From: the human T2T-CHM13v2.0 reference genome, Homo sapiens
DNA: 64,000 nt
Direction: 5' to 3' (one strand)
Assembly: GCF_009914755.1 (NCBI RefSeq)
Contig: NC_060926.1
The notes under the pieces are model-generated. The model did not search any database. It was not told the origin of the DNA and saw only the letters and a program-made list of their open reading frames with translations. Numbering within the stretch: the first letter of the stretch is position 1; each line of letters opens with the position of its first letter. Made by a program: the position numbers and the translations under genes. Positions 13,190 through 23,930 of the stretch are shown here, in pieces.

Positions 13190-14661
13190 GTAGGCTACTT
13201 TTCAAAGCTAATTTAGGGGCTTCTTCCCAACTCATTACTGGGCCAGCCCTGAGTCAAGATGTAAATGTAGGGGCTTCCTTGGGCCAACAAAAACTCCACA
13301 ATGGTGGAATATCATTTCTCATTATCCTGGCTTCTGGAATTCCTGAATCATCCAGCTCACCCCAGATTCTGTAGCTTAAGACTTAGGAATCTCAAGAATA
13401 GAATACAGAAAGTGAGTCAGCTCATTTTCCAGGTTCCTAAAGCCGAGAATTAAATTAAGTCCATCAGAATAATAAGTCAAGTGGCTAGTGAGAGTTCCAA
13501 TGAGGGAAGAATAGAGAAGGCACCCACCAACCTCTTACAAACAAGAAGAGAATAATAATTTTAAAGTTCTAAAAAGGAAAAAAGAAAAAACCCCACAAAA
13601 CTATGGTTTCAGATCTCCTAGGAATTCACTGGGGGAAGCTGGATCGGTCTCACCTTTTCTGGCTACTGATTACAGATCCATGGACACAAGGATGACCTCT
13701 CCCTCTCAGGTTTAATAAGGCCAGGCAAGATGCTCTCCAAGTTTCGCAGGCAAGGTGCAACTTGAGGGGACTAGAGTGCTCCCTAAACATTCATGTTTTC
13801 TTGGTGAGCTTTCTAAGTGCCTCCATCTCTCACCCTATAGCATTCTTCTTCAGAGCCCAAGTAGAACACCTTCTGTCTGCCTATATTAAAATGTGAAAAT
13901 TCATCACATTAATCTCTTAGTCTTTCAATCCCATCACCAAAGCAGGGGTGGGCGGGGACCCAAGATCCTAAGGACACAGTATGATGAAGCCACACAGAAT
14001 GGACAAACTTTGACAAATGAGGATGTTGAAGTCAGGTTACGGGCTAGAGAAATTGTAAAAGTGGAGGGAAAGAGGAGAGAAAGGTACAGAATACCTGGGC
14101 AGATGAGTTAGAATGAAGAGGAAGAATTACTTAAAAAGTGGACTATCAGCAGAACAGATAAAAGGAGAAGGAGCTCTAACACTCAACACAGATGATGAAA
14201 ATTTGCTTCCAGGAGGGGTTAGGAAGTTGAATTTTCTACCTCTGTGAAAATCCACTGAGACCCACCATTTGTGGGCATTTATCTTCCATGGGTCTGATGT
14301 GTTGGATAGATGAGTACAAAGGGCCAAGGGAAGTGTGACCTACCACCTGATCTCATGAATTCTGCTCTCTCTCAAGCACACGTTTTAGGTATTTTATTAT
14401 GCAACTATTGTGCAAAAATCATAGCCTTTAGATTGCCCTGACTCTGGCCCCTAAGGAGTTAAAGTACATCTTCACCCTTCAGAAGACTCAGGGTCAGGCC
14501 TTTATGAATCACAATCTTAGAGTTCAAGGGGACTTTTAAGACCACTGTGAGGATCCCCAATATGACTCTCCCATCAGAAGCAACTCCCTCGTCTCCCAGC
14601 AAGCAGTCTCCTGTGGGCATTGTGCTCTCAAGGGATCTTGGAGGAGTGAATTGGGCTGGAG

Positions 14662-14745
14662 GACAAAGCCAAGATGTCAGTCCATTAGATGTGAGCACTG
14701 AAACTCAAATATAAGGGGAGGTGGAAAGAAGACGTAACAGTGACA
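14662..14745. repeat. Third, dispersed copy of the 12.3-kb hairpin element
   Basis: 14662-14695 is the exact reverse complement of 12279-12312, and 14670-14695 is identical to 12312-12337. Confidence 0.95.
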
Positions 14746-14769
14746 AAAACAGAGGAGGGGGCAGACAGA

Positions 14770-15115
14770 GAGAAGAGACAGGAGACAGAGAAAGAAAGGA
14801 GATGGAGGAAAGAGAAAGAGTTCAGGCACACATTTGTATGTGTGCGTGTGAGTGCTCATGAGTGTTTAGAGAAACGTCAGGGAGATGAAGAGAGACAGAG
14901 AGAAAGTGAAGGGAGGCAAAGCAGGGGAGAGGAAAAGAGGGAGAAGAGACAGGAGAGAGAGAAAGAGAGAAGAGGGAGGACAGAGAAATTGTGCAGGCAC
15001 ATGTGTATGTTTGTTTCTATATGCTCATGTGTGTTTAGAGGGACAACAGAGAGGAGAGAGACAGCAAGTGAAAGAGAGAGAGAGGGCAAAGAGGAAGGGA
15101 AAGACGAAAAAAAAA
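14770..15115. repeat. GA-rich low-complexity region with diverged ~171-bp tandem duplication
   Basis: gagaagagacagg...caggcaca...tgctcatg.gtgtttagag recurs at 14770 and 14941. Confidence 0.75.
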
Positions 15116-16162
15116 GTTGACACCTGAAAAGTCTTTCCTTATGTTGAGGCCACAGCAAATCAGATGATAATGAAATTCTGCATAGATTAAACGCCCATCA
15201 ACAGAAAACTTGGAAGCAAATGAGGAATTATATCACAGAAACTCAGTGTCATGTAAATCTCACTGAACAGGGAAATCAAAATGTTAGCAACAATTACATT
15301 CTTCTTATAACAAAATGGGTTCCAAAAATGGAAAAAAAGAAGAATGGAAACACTTCTGGAAATAATTAAAGGGGGAGCAGGGATCATGGGTCGGGGGAGC
15401 TGGAGACAGAGGGAGGGGTGTGCTGGCAGTGATAAATATAGAACCATAATTTAAGAGACAGTAGGAAACGCTTTGTGTGTGTTAATTGGAAATGCATTCT
15501 GGAGGCTGCAGTTTGTTCACCATGAATGTCATGACCTTGGGTTCCTTGAGGGAATATGGTCTCCACCCTGTCCCCATGGTGAAGGGAAGAAGTGAGAAAA
15601 CATGTCATTCAATGGATGAAAGAAGTTCCAGTTTATATGGTGGAAGGAACCATTTTTTTTTTTTGCCTTGCTTTTTGTTTTTCTGTATTTCATTCTTTGG
15701 ATTAAAGAGAGAAACACTGTGGGATTACAGCAAAGTCATCTTATTTGCCAAGGAAAGAGACTCAGAAATGAGACAGGTTGAGAACACTCTCATCCCATGC
15801 TGTAGTGGCAAGATGGAGTCTCCTCTCTGCTTTGGCCTCCTGAGATTCTGGTTAATCAAATGAGCATGTGGCCCAATGTAAATGGAGGTGCTGGGAACTG
15901 ACTTTGGAAAGAGCATTTATACCACTTCTCTGGGACAGTTCTTTTCCCAGAGACCTGGCTGTGCATCTCAGGATAGAGAAGAACGGGTCAGACTGGCTCA
16001 CTGGAAAGCTCTAGTGAACTGCAAGTTGAAGTCTGTTATATATTTGGAAGAAAACTCTTGGTTTCTGAATGAGCAAAATGATCAAAGATAATTCTTCACT
16101 AAATTCCTGGCAACTCACTTCTACTCCTTTACTTATTTTTAAAATTGTTTCCTCCTTCTGTG

Positions 16163-16285
16163 CTTAGTTCTAAAATGCTCTTGTTGTGTTCAATTCTCAC
16201 AACTGAACACAACATTCAATTGTCACAACTGAACACAACATTCAATTGTCACAATTGAACACAACAAGAGCATTTTAGAACTAAG
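16163..16285. repeat. Perfect 33-bp inverted repeat enclosing a 3 x 26-bp tandem array
   Basis: 16163-16195 is the exact reverse complement of 16253-16285; units ttcaatt(c/g)tcacaa(c/t)tgaacacaaca at 16189, 16215, 16241. Confidence 0.97.
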
Positions 16286-16304
16286 ACCTCAAAGATGACC
16301 TGAG

Positions 16305-16530
16305 GCAGTGATGCACGGGCTGTAGTTGTATCCCAGATGTAAGCACATGAAGAGAAAAGCATGAACTTGATAAAAACACAGGCTCCCAAACCACCCCAGA
16401 CACACCTAATCAAGATTTCTTGGGCTGGGAGGGTGGGGGTGAGGAGGGCAGGAAATCTACATTTATAACAAGCTCCCAGGTATGTTTATGTGGCCATCCC
16501 AGCTCTGGTCCCCAGACATTTGGAAGCCGC
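16305..16530. mobile_element. hAT-Charlie MITE, MER5-like, within a MIR
   Basis: ccccagacacacctaatcaagatttcttggg...aatctacatttataacaagctcccaggt resembles MER5. Confidence 0.65.
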
Positions 16531-16765
16531 TAAAAACCAAACTCCTCAAACTCCTTAGTTTGTAACTATGTAAACTAAGACTTGGATATGGAAGTACTGC
16601 CAAAGGCCACACACAGCTGGACTAGAACTCAAATATGTCACTTCTCAGTCCAGAATTTTTTTTACTATACCTGAATCTCCTTCAAAGCATGACAGAGGCC
16701 TAAATTCTGTCTACCACCTCAGTCATTCCTGAGCCTACATCTAGAAATTCCATGGTCATGATAAT

Positions 16766-16771
16766 TGATGA

Positions 16772-16804
<33 letters not shown>

Positions 16805-16820
16805 CAGTGGCAGCAGTGGT
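16766..16820. repeat. (GAT)n(GGT)n trinucleotide repeat
   Basis: Directly visible. Confidence 0.9.
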
Positions 16821-17030
16821 AAGCTAATGCTCACCTAATGCCTACTATGTGCTTGCCATTATATAATAACTTATTTAATCTTCAAAACAATTCTAGGGGA
16901 TAGGCTCTATAATTGAATTGAGGCACAGAGAAGTCAAGGAAGTCATGCAAGATCACATAGCTAGCAGAAGGTGGGACTGGGATTCAAGCCCAGGACAGGC
17001 AGAAGACAGAAGTGAGCCACTTCCTCTAAA
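16820..17030 (-). mobile_element. MIR SINE
   Basis: ttatttaatcttcaaaacaa...ttgaggcacagagaagtcaagg...caagatcacatagctag. Confidence 0.8.
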
Positions 17031-17154
17031 CACATCTCTTTGCATTTTGGTACTTTTTCTTTTTGTCACGCATGATGTTCTCATTGTCAGTTACCTCTCT
17101 TGACCTTAACTTTTCCCCTTACTTCCCCTGCCTCCCCCGCCCACCTGCTTGTAG

Positions 17155-17256
17155 ATACAACAGAATATGGCAGAATGATCCTGGAATGAAGGAGAAACAC
17201 TCAGCAGGAACCCCAAAGATGACTAGGGATATAGGCAAGGACTGTGGCTTATTAAG
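17155..17256 (+). other. Candidate spliced exon (102 nt), probably non-coding or a pseudo-exon
   Basis: Branch-like ccttaac, long pyrimidine tract, tag| acceptor and AAG|GTAAGT donor. Confidence 0.3.
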
Positions 17257-19136
17257 GTAAGTGCTAAAAGGGCTTTTTAGGAGTGAGCATAACAGGCAGA
17301 GCCAGGCATAGAGCCAACTAATGTCATGCTTTATTTTCCCCCAAACCTACCCCAGGTTCCTGCAAAATTGAAAGCAGGATCCAAATAAGAATCAAAGTCA
17401 GCATTAGCTTTATTTCTTTGCCCCCAAATACATGGATTCTGCTTTACTGTGTTAGAGGACGTGATTTGAGCCTTCTTTGGTTCAGAAAGATGTATAGGGA
17501 ACCTCCTTTCTACCATCTTCCTGGCCTCCCTCACACCCATAATCGAGATATGAGGACCCATCTTGGAATAAGTAGAGAAGGAAGAGAAAACTCCAAGCTA
17601 GTTACTATAAGAGAAAGGCCACCAAAGCAGTGACCTTGGACACAAGCTCAGCAATCAGATGAGTTCTTCTTCCTCCTTGCTTGGTGGGGCTGGGCAGGGG
17701 TCAGGAGCTGGGGGCATATGGGGGGAGTAGGCGGGAGGAGTCAGAAGTCTTTCTCTAATTGTATTCTCTCCTGGGGGATGAAGCAGAAGTCCCTTCTCCT
17801 CTACAGAAGTGTGAAGAGTAGGGTAATGGGTGTTATCTACTAACACCAGGGCTTGTCTCTGACATGCTCCGTGGCTGTCTCTATGCACTAACTACTCTGT
17901 AAGTGCTGCAAGCTCTTTGGCCTCTATTTCCTCAGTGCAGCTAATTTTCCTTGAGTCATTCATACTCTCTTCCATTCTCCTCTTGTGACCAAAGAAACCC
18001 TGAATGTTGAATAGAAGAAACCCAGCTCCATGATCATGCAAGCAATGTCTTTGAACACATATAAATAGGTTAATTCACCTCTGGTCCATGCTTCCAATAA
18101 CAATGAAAAGTCAGTACAAAGCATTAACCCATTATGACATAACATTATCTTGGTTTTCCTTGCTTGCTGAAAATAAGAGCAAGTATCCTTGACTGGGAAG
18201 AGAAGTGGGGCACAAAGATGATAAAAGAATCTTAGGGAGTACTGAGGATCATCACTACCACTGGACACCAGAGCTGAATCCATGGAAGGTGCTGCTTAAC
18301 TCCAGGGAGGCCCTATCTGCCTTGCCTGCAGCGTCTCCAGCAGGAAGCTCTCAGTGTATGATCCACCTCCACAGCCCCCTGGGAAAGCTGTATCATGAAC
18401 ATTTGGGATCATTTCATATTTCATAAATGGGCTTAACTCACACTCATGAGGTCAACTGGAAGGCCTACTGGATTTAATTATGCTAGAAAGGGAGTCAACC
18501 AGAAACATCATGCATGAAGCAGGAGAGAGGCGGCTGGGAGAAAGTGAGCAAGCAGAAGGGAGATTTGATGTGATATGAATCATCCCACTAGGATGAGGGG
18601 CTGAACCATACAGCACCCCATGGGGGGAAAAAAAACAAACAAAAAAAACAACCAGCAGTCCCTGAGCCCAACAGAATCCAAAGGAGATTCTCATCCCGAT
18701 CTATTTCCAGGAAGGCTTTAGGAAGCTGGTTGAGTTTATGTCACATTGGTGAGTGCAAAATAAGCCATGTAAAATGCTACACACTGTTGTGTCCAGATCC
18801 TTAAAAAAAATATATGATAAAGCTATCGAAGGTGTTAATACACGGAAACTCTTTCTTTCCATATTAGTTAGTTCTAAGTTCTGAGTCTAGGGTATGAAGT
18901 CTACGGGTTTGTATAACTTGACTCGGGGCTGACTTTGATGGGACAAAGAACAAGAATACATGTGAAATCATGGAGGAGAGACACTGACAGAAAGTCACAG
19001 AGATGAAAGAAGAATGAGGAACTGGTGAGCACAGACTTCCTATAGTGACATGGATTCATGGAACAATAGAAGGAACACACTGACTATATCAACCCAGGCC
19101 AGTAAGATAGGTCAGGGCGAGGCAACTAGGAATTGC

Positions 19137-19700
19137 TGTGGCAGAGGCTGCTCAATTTCTTCCAAATCATTTCTCTTTTTCTTCCCTAATAATACACTTT
19201 TTAGCTGAGCATATTGCTACTCATAAAAAAGATAGGATTTTCCAGCCTTCTTTGCAATAAGTGTGGCCAAGGAACTGACTTCTTGCCTATGGGATATAAA
19301 TGCGTGTGTCATATGGCAGCCCCATGTAATCTCCCTTAGGAGACAGATAGCATGCTCTCTTGGCCTCTTCTTTATCGTCCCTTTCTCCACCTGCTGCCTT
19401 AAATATAGATGGCACCATCTTGGGCCATGATGACAAGGGCCACATTCCAGAGATGGTAGAGCGATGAGCTCCATGGAGACTTAGTTTGCAAGAATGTTGT
19501 AGGGCAGAATTATCACATCGGTCCTGGAAGGCTTATCTCCAAACCTTGTGTTCCATCTCTGAGAGAGACAGCCTACACCCTGGAATGAATGACTGTCTAT
19601 TTGGGACCAGGTTTAGCTGCAAGTGACAAAAACAACTGAAATAACTGTCATTTAAATGAGATAGAAGTGTTTTTATTTTTCTCATATAAACAAAGATCCA
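19137..19700 (+). mobile_element. ERVL LTR, LTR33-like
   Basis: tttccagccttctttgcaataagtgtggccaag...gcaccatcttgggccatgatgac; 19595-19700 resembles an LTR33 3' end in the opposite orientation. Confidence 0.6.
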
Positions 19701-20620
19701 CCTCCTCTGTTTAAAATCTTCTCTCATCTCTAGGACTAAAGACTATTACCAGGTAACAGTTAATCCTCTCTTCTCAGAAGTAAATTATTCAATTGGGCCA
19801 CCTCTCTTTGAATGTAGGCCTTCTTTCCCCACCGTGTCTCTTCATTGTCCTCTTGATATCTGCCCTTCCATTCTTCCCTTTATTCCTTTTGAGTTTGGGA
19901 GAAAATCCAGTTAGGGGCTAAAAATGCCTTAAGTCAAAGCAAAGCTCCAGGAAGTCTGCAGAATCAGCCATATGACTTGAATGTTGGGCCAGCAAGCCAG
20001 CAGAAGGGCAGATTGGCTTAAAACCAACTCAACGTCCAGCTCCCTGAACATGACCCCTGAGGCAGTGCAGCCCCAAGAAGAGAGAGGGAGGAAGTGGGCT
20101 TCCAGTACGGGTAAGCCTACACACTTGAGTGGTTCTGCAGGCCCAAGGCCAAGATGCACAACACCCCCCAGCTGCCTCCCAACCCCGATCATTTGGGATT
20201 GCCTCACCCCTGCGCTCTTTCATTACCTGACCTAAGGACCTCCTGAGGCAAATAAAGTTCTCCATGTAGGGTGAAGTTAGTGAAGTGAAAATAATAAACT
20301 TTCATGAGCGTGTTTCAATTTTCACTTGTGTTTATGGCCAAAGGTGTTTTTTATTTTAATAATCGCTGCTGGAACAAGGGCAAGCCACATGCTGCTAACT
20401 TGTTAAAGAGAAGAGGAAGGAGGAGAGAGAAAGAAAGAGTGAATGAGAGTGAGAGTCTGTGTTCAGCTGTAAATTTCCCAACAGCCTGCTCTAATCCTTC
20501 CAGTTTTGAATCCCACCCTTAAAACCTTAATGACAGAGAAAGGGATAAAATATTATCTGGACCATGTTCTGTTGACGGTTTGTCCTGGGCTCATTTTAGC
20601 CATGATAATTCAGTGATTTT

Positions 20621-20629
20621 TGCGCGCGC

Positions 20630-20657
<28 letters not shown>
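20621..20657. repeat. (CG)n(TG)n alternating purine-pyrimidine tract
   Basis: tgcgcgcgcg followed by a TG run. Confidence 0.95.
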
Positions 20658-20660
<3 letters not shown>

Positions 20661-22126
20661 AAGGGAGAGACATCAGCATTCTGTGGTACCATTTCATAAT
20701 GTAGAGTGTGTAAAAGGGAAGGAATTTGGAAGAATCAGGCTCCTTCCAGTTGGACATCAACTTGACCGTTGTTTTCAGCTCACTTTTATCTGGCAGAGTT
20801 TCTGTTTGCTTTTAAATGTCAGAAAAGGTTAAGAAACGTTTGAAATCTGCAAAAGATTTTCTAGACGTATGAAGAGGATGTCCACCCTATAAAAGCATAA
20901 ATTAATCACCCCTCTCCACTTTTGAAATTGCCTTTTAAAGGGAATATATCTGAGGAATCAAATGAAAGACAAAAGAATTCAAATAAATGCTCATTTGTGG
21001 GCCTGAGTATTTGACTTCAGAATGAGAGCACCTAGAAGTATCCAAATGTTATATTTCTCTCTGTCTTTATCATCCGTCCTAACTCACATTTTCCCAAATC
21101 ATGAAGATTCAAGAGAAAATACTGTGGCTCAGAGAGCATTAACATATCCCTTAGCCCTACCTCTAAAGCTGGCTGCAGTAGTGAGGGACTTAAGGCCCCC
21201 AAGTGACTAATGAGCCCCCTGTATGTCTAGAAGGTGCTTTTTTTTTTTTCACTATCACTGGTGTCTAGTACAAATGCATGGGGTGAATGAGCAGACACAA
21301 GCTCTCCAAGTCTCAGTAGATTTTCCTATACAGTATGTGCCAGTCTGCAGACCACCACCAGGGTGCACAGAAAATATACCTCTCTGAGGTCAGGGGGAAG
21401 CGTTAATAACTAACTTTATAGTTTAAGATGCTATTCTGATGTACTTAAGCTCAATACTTTCAAGAACCCATCACCTTCCAAAGGCAGAGGCTAAGTCTGG
21501 GTGTTCACAGAGGACAAAAGCCTGTGGGCTCTCAGGCCACCTGTTCACCTGAGTGCCCACAGAGACATTCTTCAAGCATCTGGTTATCAGTGGCTATCAA
21601 TCCAAGCAGATTGCTGCTGAATTGTCCTTTGCTCCTGTCACCTGCCTGTTTAGGCCCAGGGGCTTTTCTTACTGCATTTGCAGATACAGGTTCCATTATG
21701 TTGTTCTGTGCCCTGCAAAGGCATGGAAATCTCAGTAAGGGACCATATGCTGAGACTCACAGCACAGATATTTCCTGCCTGGGATTCTGTATAAGAAGCA
21801 GGGCCTCTCTTTACATGACCTACGAAAAGTATGATCTTACCACTTTCCCTTTCATTATCTTCCCCACTTCTGGCTGTGGGAACATTTTCTAGGATGGATC
21901 TTTCCAGGCATTTTTTTTTCTGTGTTTTGAGTTCTCCCCATCTCCCTGAGGTTGTGGGCTTTAAAGACAAAAGCTACAAATAGCCTTTTATTTCTATTCT
22001 CTAGCACTATCTTAGCCCTTCTTTGCCCTGAGAACATAACACTGAATTGAAAAGTGTGTGTGTATATGTGCCCATGCAGCTACACGCATGTGTACTCAGG
22101 CACATACAGGGGCTAGGGAGTGTTGG

Positions 22127-22180
22127 AGTATTGGAGGGGAGAAAGTATTGGAGGGGAGAAAGTATTGGAGGGGAGAAAGT
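22127..22180. repeat. Perfect 3 x 17-bp minisatellite (agtattggaggggagaa)
   Basis: Three identical copies at 22127, 22144, 22161. Confidence 0.95.
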
Positions 22181-23519
22181 CAGTTTATATCTTTAAACTC
22201 TTCTTCTATGTTTATAAATACACAAAAGTGGGGTGAGGAGCTTTTGATACTCCCAGCATTGAAATAGTGACTGTGGAACATTGTCATTTTTAGTTCTTAG
22301 AAAGCTATTAGATAATTAATCTAAGCAGCGTATATGGTTTACTTCCCTGAAACTGCTTCTGCTTAATCTATGTGTTCAATAAACTGGAGTAGAAATAGAG
22401 TTGAAAGGGCTCTGATTTTCTCATGCAAGCCCTGGAGGACAGGACTGAAGACACTTACCCTGAAGTAACCATAGAAGGACAGCCCACAAGGACTTTCCAG
22501 TCCTCTATTCCAGAGATCAGGCCAAATCATTGCGCAAGTAGTTGAAGGTAGTATGTACAGGCTGGGTGGTCAATATCAACAGCAAAGGGAGGAGGGCATG
22601 ATGTGCTGTGACACTAAGGAATCACTAGTTTTCTAAAGAGCAAGTCCCACCCCAAAGAAATAGAGCTAATCTTGCAACTTGGCACCCAGAAGGGGAAAGG
22701 CACAAGTCAGAGTAGCCTCACAAAGCAATGAGGTGCCAATTTCCACCTCATCCTTAAGTCATAATTCTCCAAGCCTCAGATCAGTCAAGCTAACCACTCC
22801 TGCCAGCCGAGGCTTTCTCCCATCCTATTCATTACAGCACAACCCAGAACTCTTACCATAACATGCAGAACAACAGGCCAAACAATGAGGTGAGGGCTGC
22901 AGCCAGGTAAAATGTATTTTATATCCATAAGGAGAGCAAGCCTTTATAAAATATTTGGGCACCTTAAATCTCAATGTCTCCAGCTCAGTCGTCCTACTTC
23001 TGGAGTCCTTTTCCTACTCACTTTCCTGGCATCCCTCCTCCTCAAAAAGTCAGAACATTTCTGCTGTCATTTCTTCCAGAGGATAATTGTAGATAGGAAG
23101 AAGTTAAATGTGGGGGTCTTCAGACCTGTGTTGGAGCCCAGCCCCTATCAATAGCTGAATAATTCTGAGCTTAGTAATCAGCATATGGGAGGCCTCCACT
23201 AAGTATCTGTCAAGCTGAATCCATCCACAATCTCAGGAAGATGCTACCAGTAATTTGCACCTTCAGCACGTATTTGTTCTAAAGCATGGCTACCAACTTT
23301 TTCTGTGTGCGTATTATTTTTAAAAACCAAGAAATTTTATAAACCACTGTCTTATGATTAATATCTATTGATTAATAGAATACATCAGAACCCAAAGCTA
23401 TATGAATTCAGCACCCCCTGAAATATGACTCATATTTTTTAATCAGAATATCTACTGTGTTTAAAAAGTCATAGTACATATATGTGCTCAGTATATCATC
23501 TATTAAATCTATTATAATA

Positions 23520-23612
23520 CTCTGTTTAAAATGCAAATTTCTGAGACCCAACCCTAGAATCTCTGATCCAGTGGATTTGGAAGTAGAGTCACAGAATCAA
23601 CATTTTACCCAC
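23520..23612. mobile_element. MER5A-like fragment
   Basis: tttaaaatgcaaatttctgagacccaaccctaga...ctgatccagtggatttgg. Confidence 0.55.
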
Positions 23613-23626
23613 TGGTGTGTGTGAGT

Positions 23627-23930
23627 GTTCTTGTTCTTGTTTTTGTTTGAGATGGAGTCTCACTCTGTCGCCCAGGGTAGAGTGCAGTGGTTCAATCTCG
23701 GCTCACTGCACCCTTCACCTCCTGGGTTAAAGTGATTCTCCTACCTCAGCCTCCTGAGTAGCAGGGATTACAGGAGCCCACCAGCATGCCCAGCTAATTT
23801 TTGTATTTTTAGTAGAGACAGGGTTTCACGATGTTGGCCAGGCTGGTCTTGAACTCCTGACATAAGGTGATCCTCCTGCCTTGGCCTCCCAAAGTGCTAG
23901 GATTATAGGTGTGAGCCACCACACTTGGCC
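23627..23930 (-). mobile_element. Full-length Alu, AluSx-type
   Basis: Antisense dimeric Alu with degenerate T-tail; TSD-like tggtgtgt on both sides. Confidence 0.95.

Noticed and set aside
14740-15158. Overlapping Glu/Arg-rich and Ser/Leu-rich ORFs
   Set aside because: Translation artefacts of GA-rich low-complexity DNA
16189-16266. 26-bp partly palindromic direct repeats as a CRISPR-like array
   Set aside because: Units are contiguous with no unique spacers, there are no cas genes, and the DNA is mammalian
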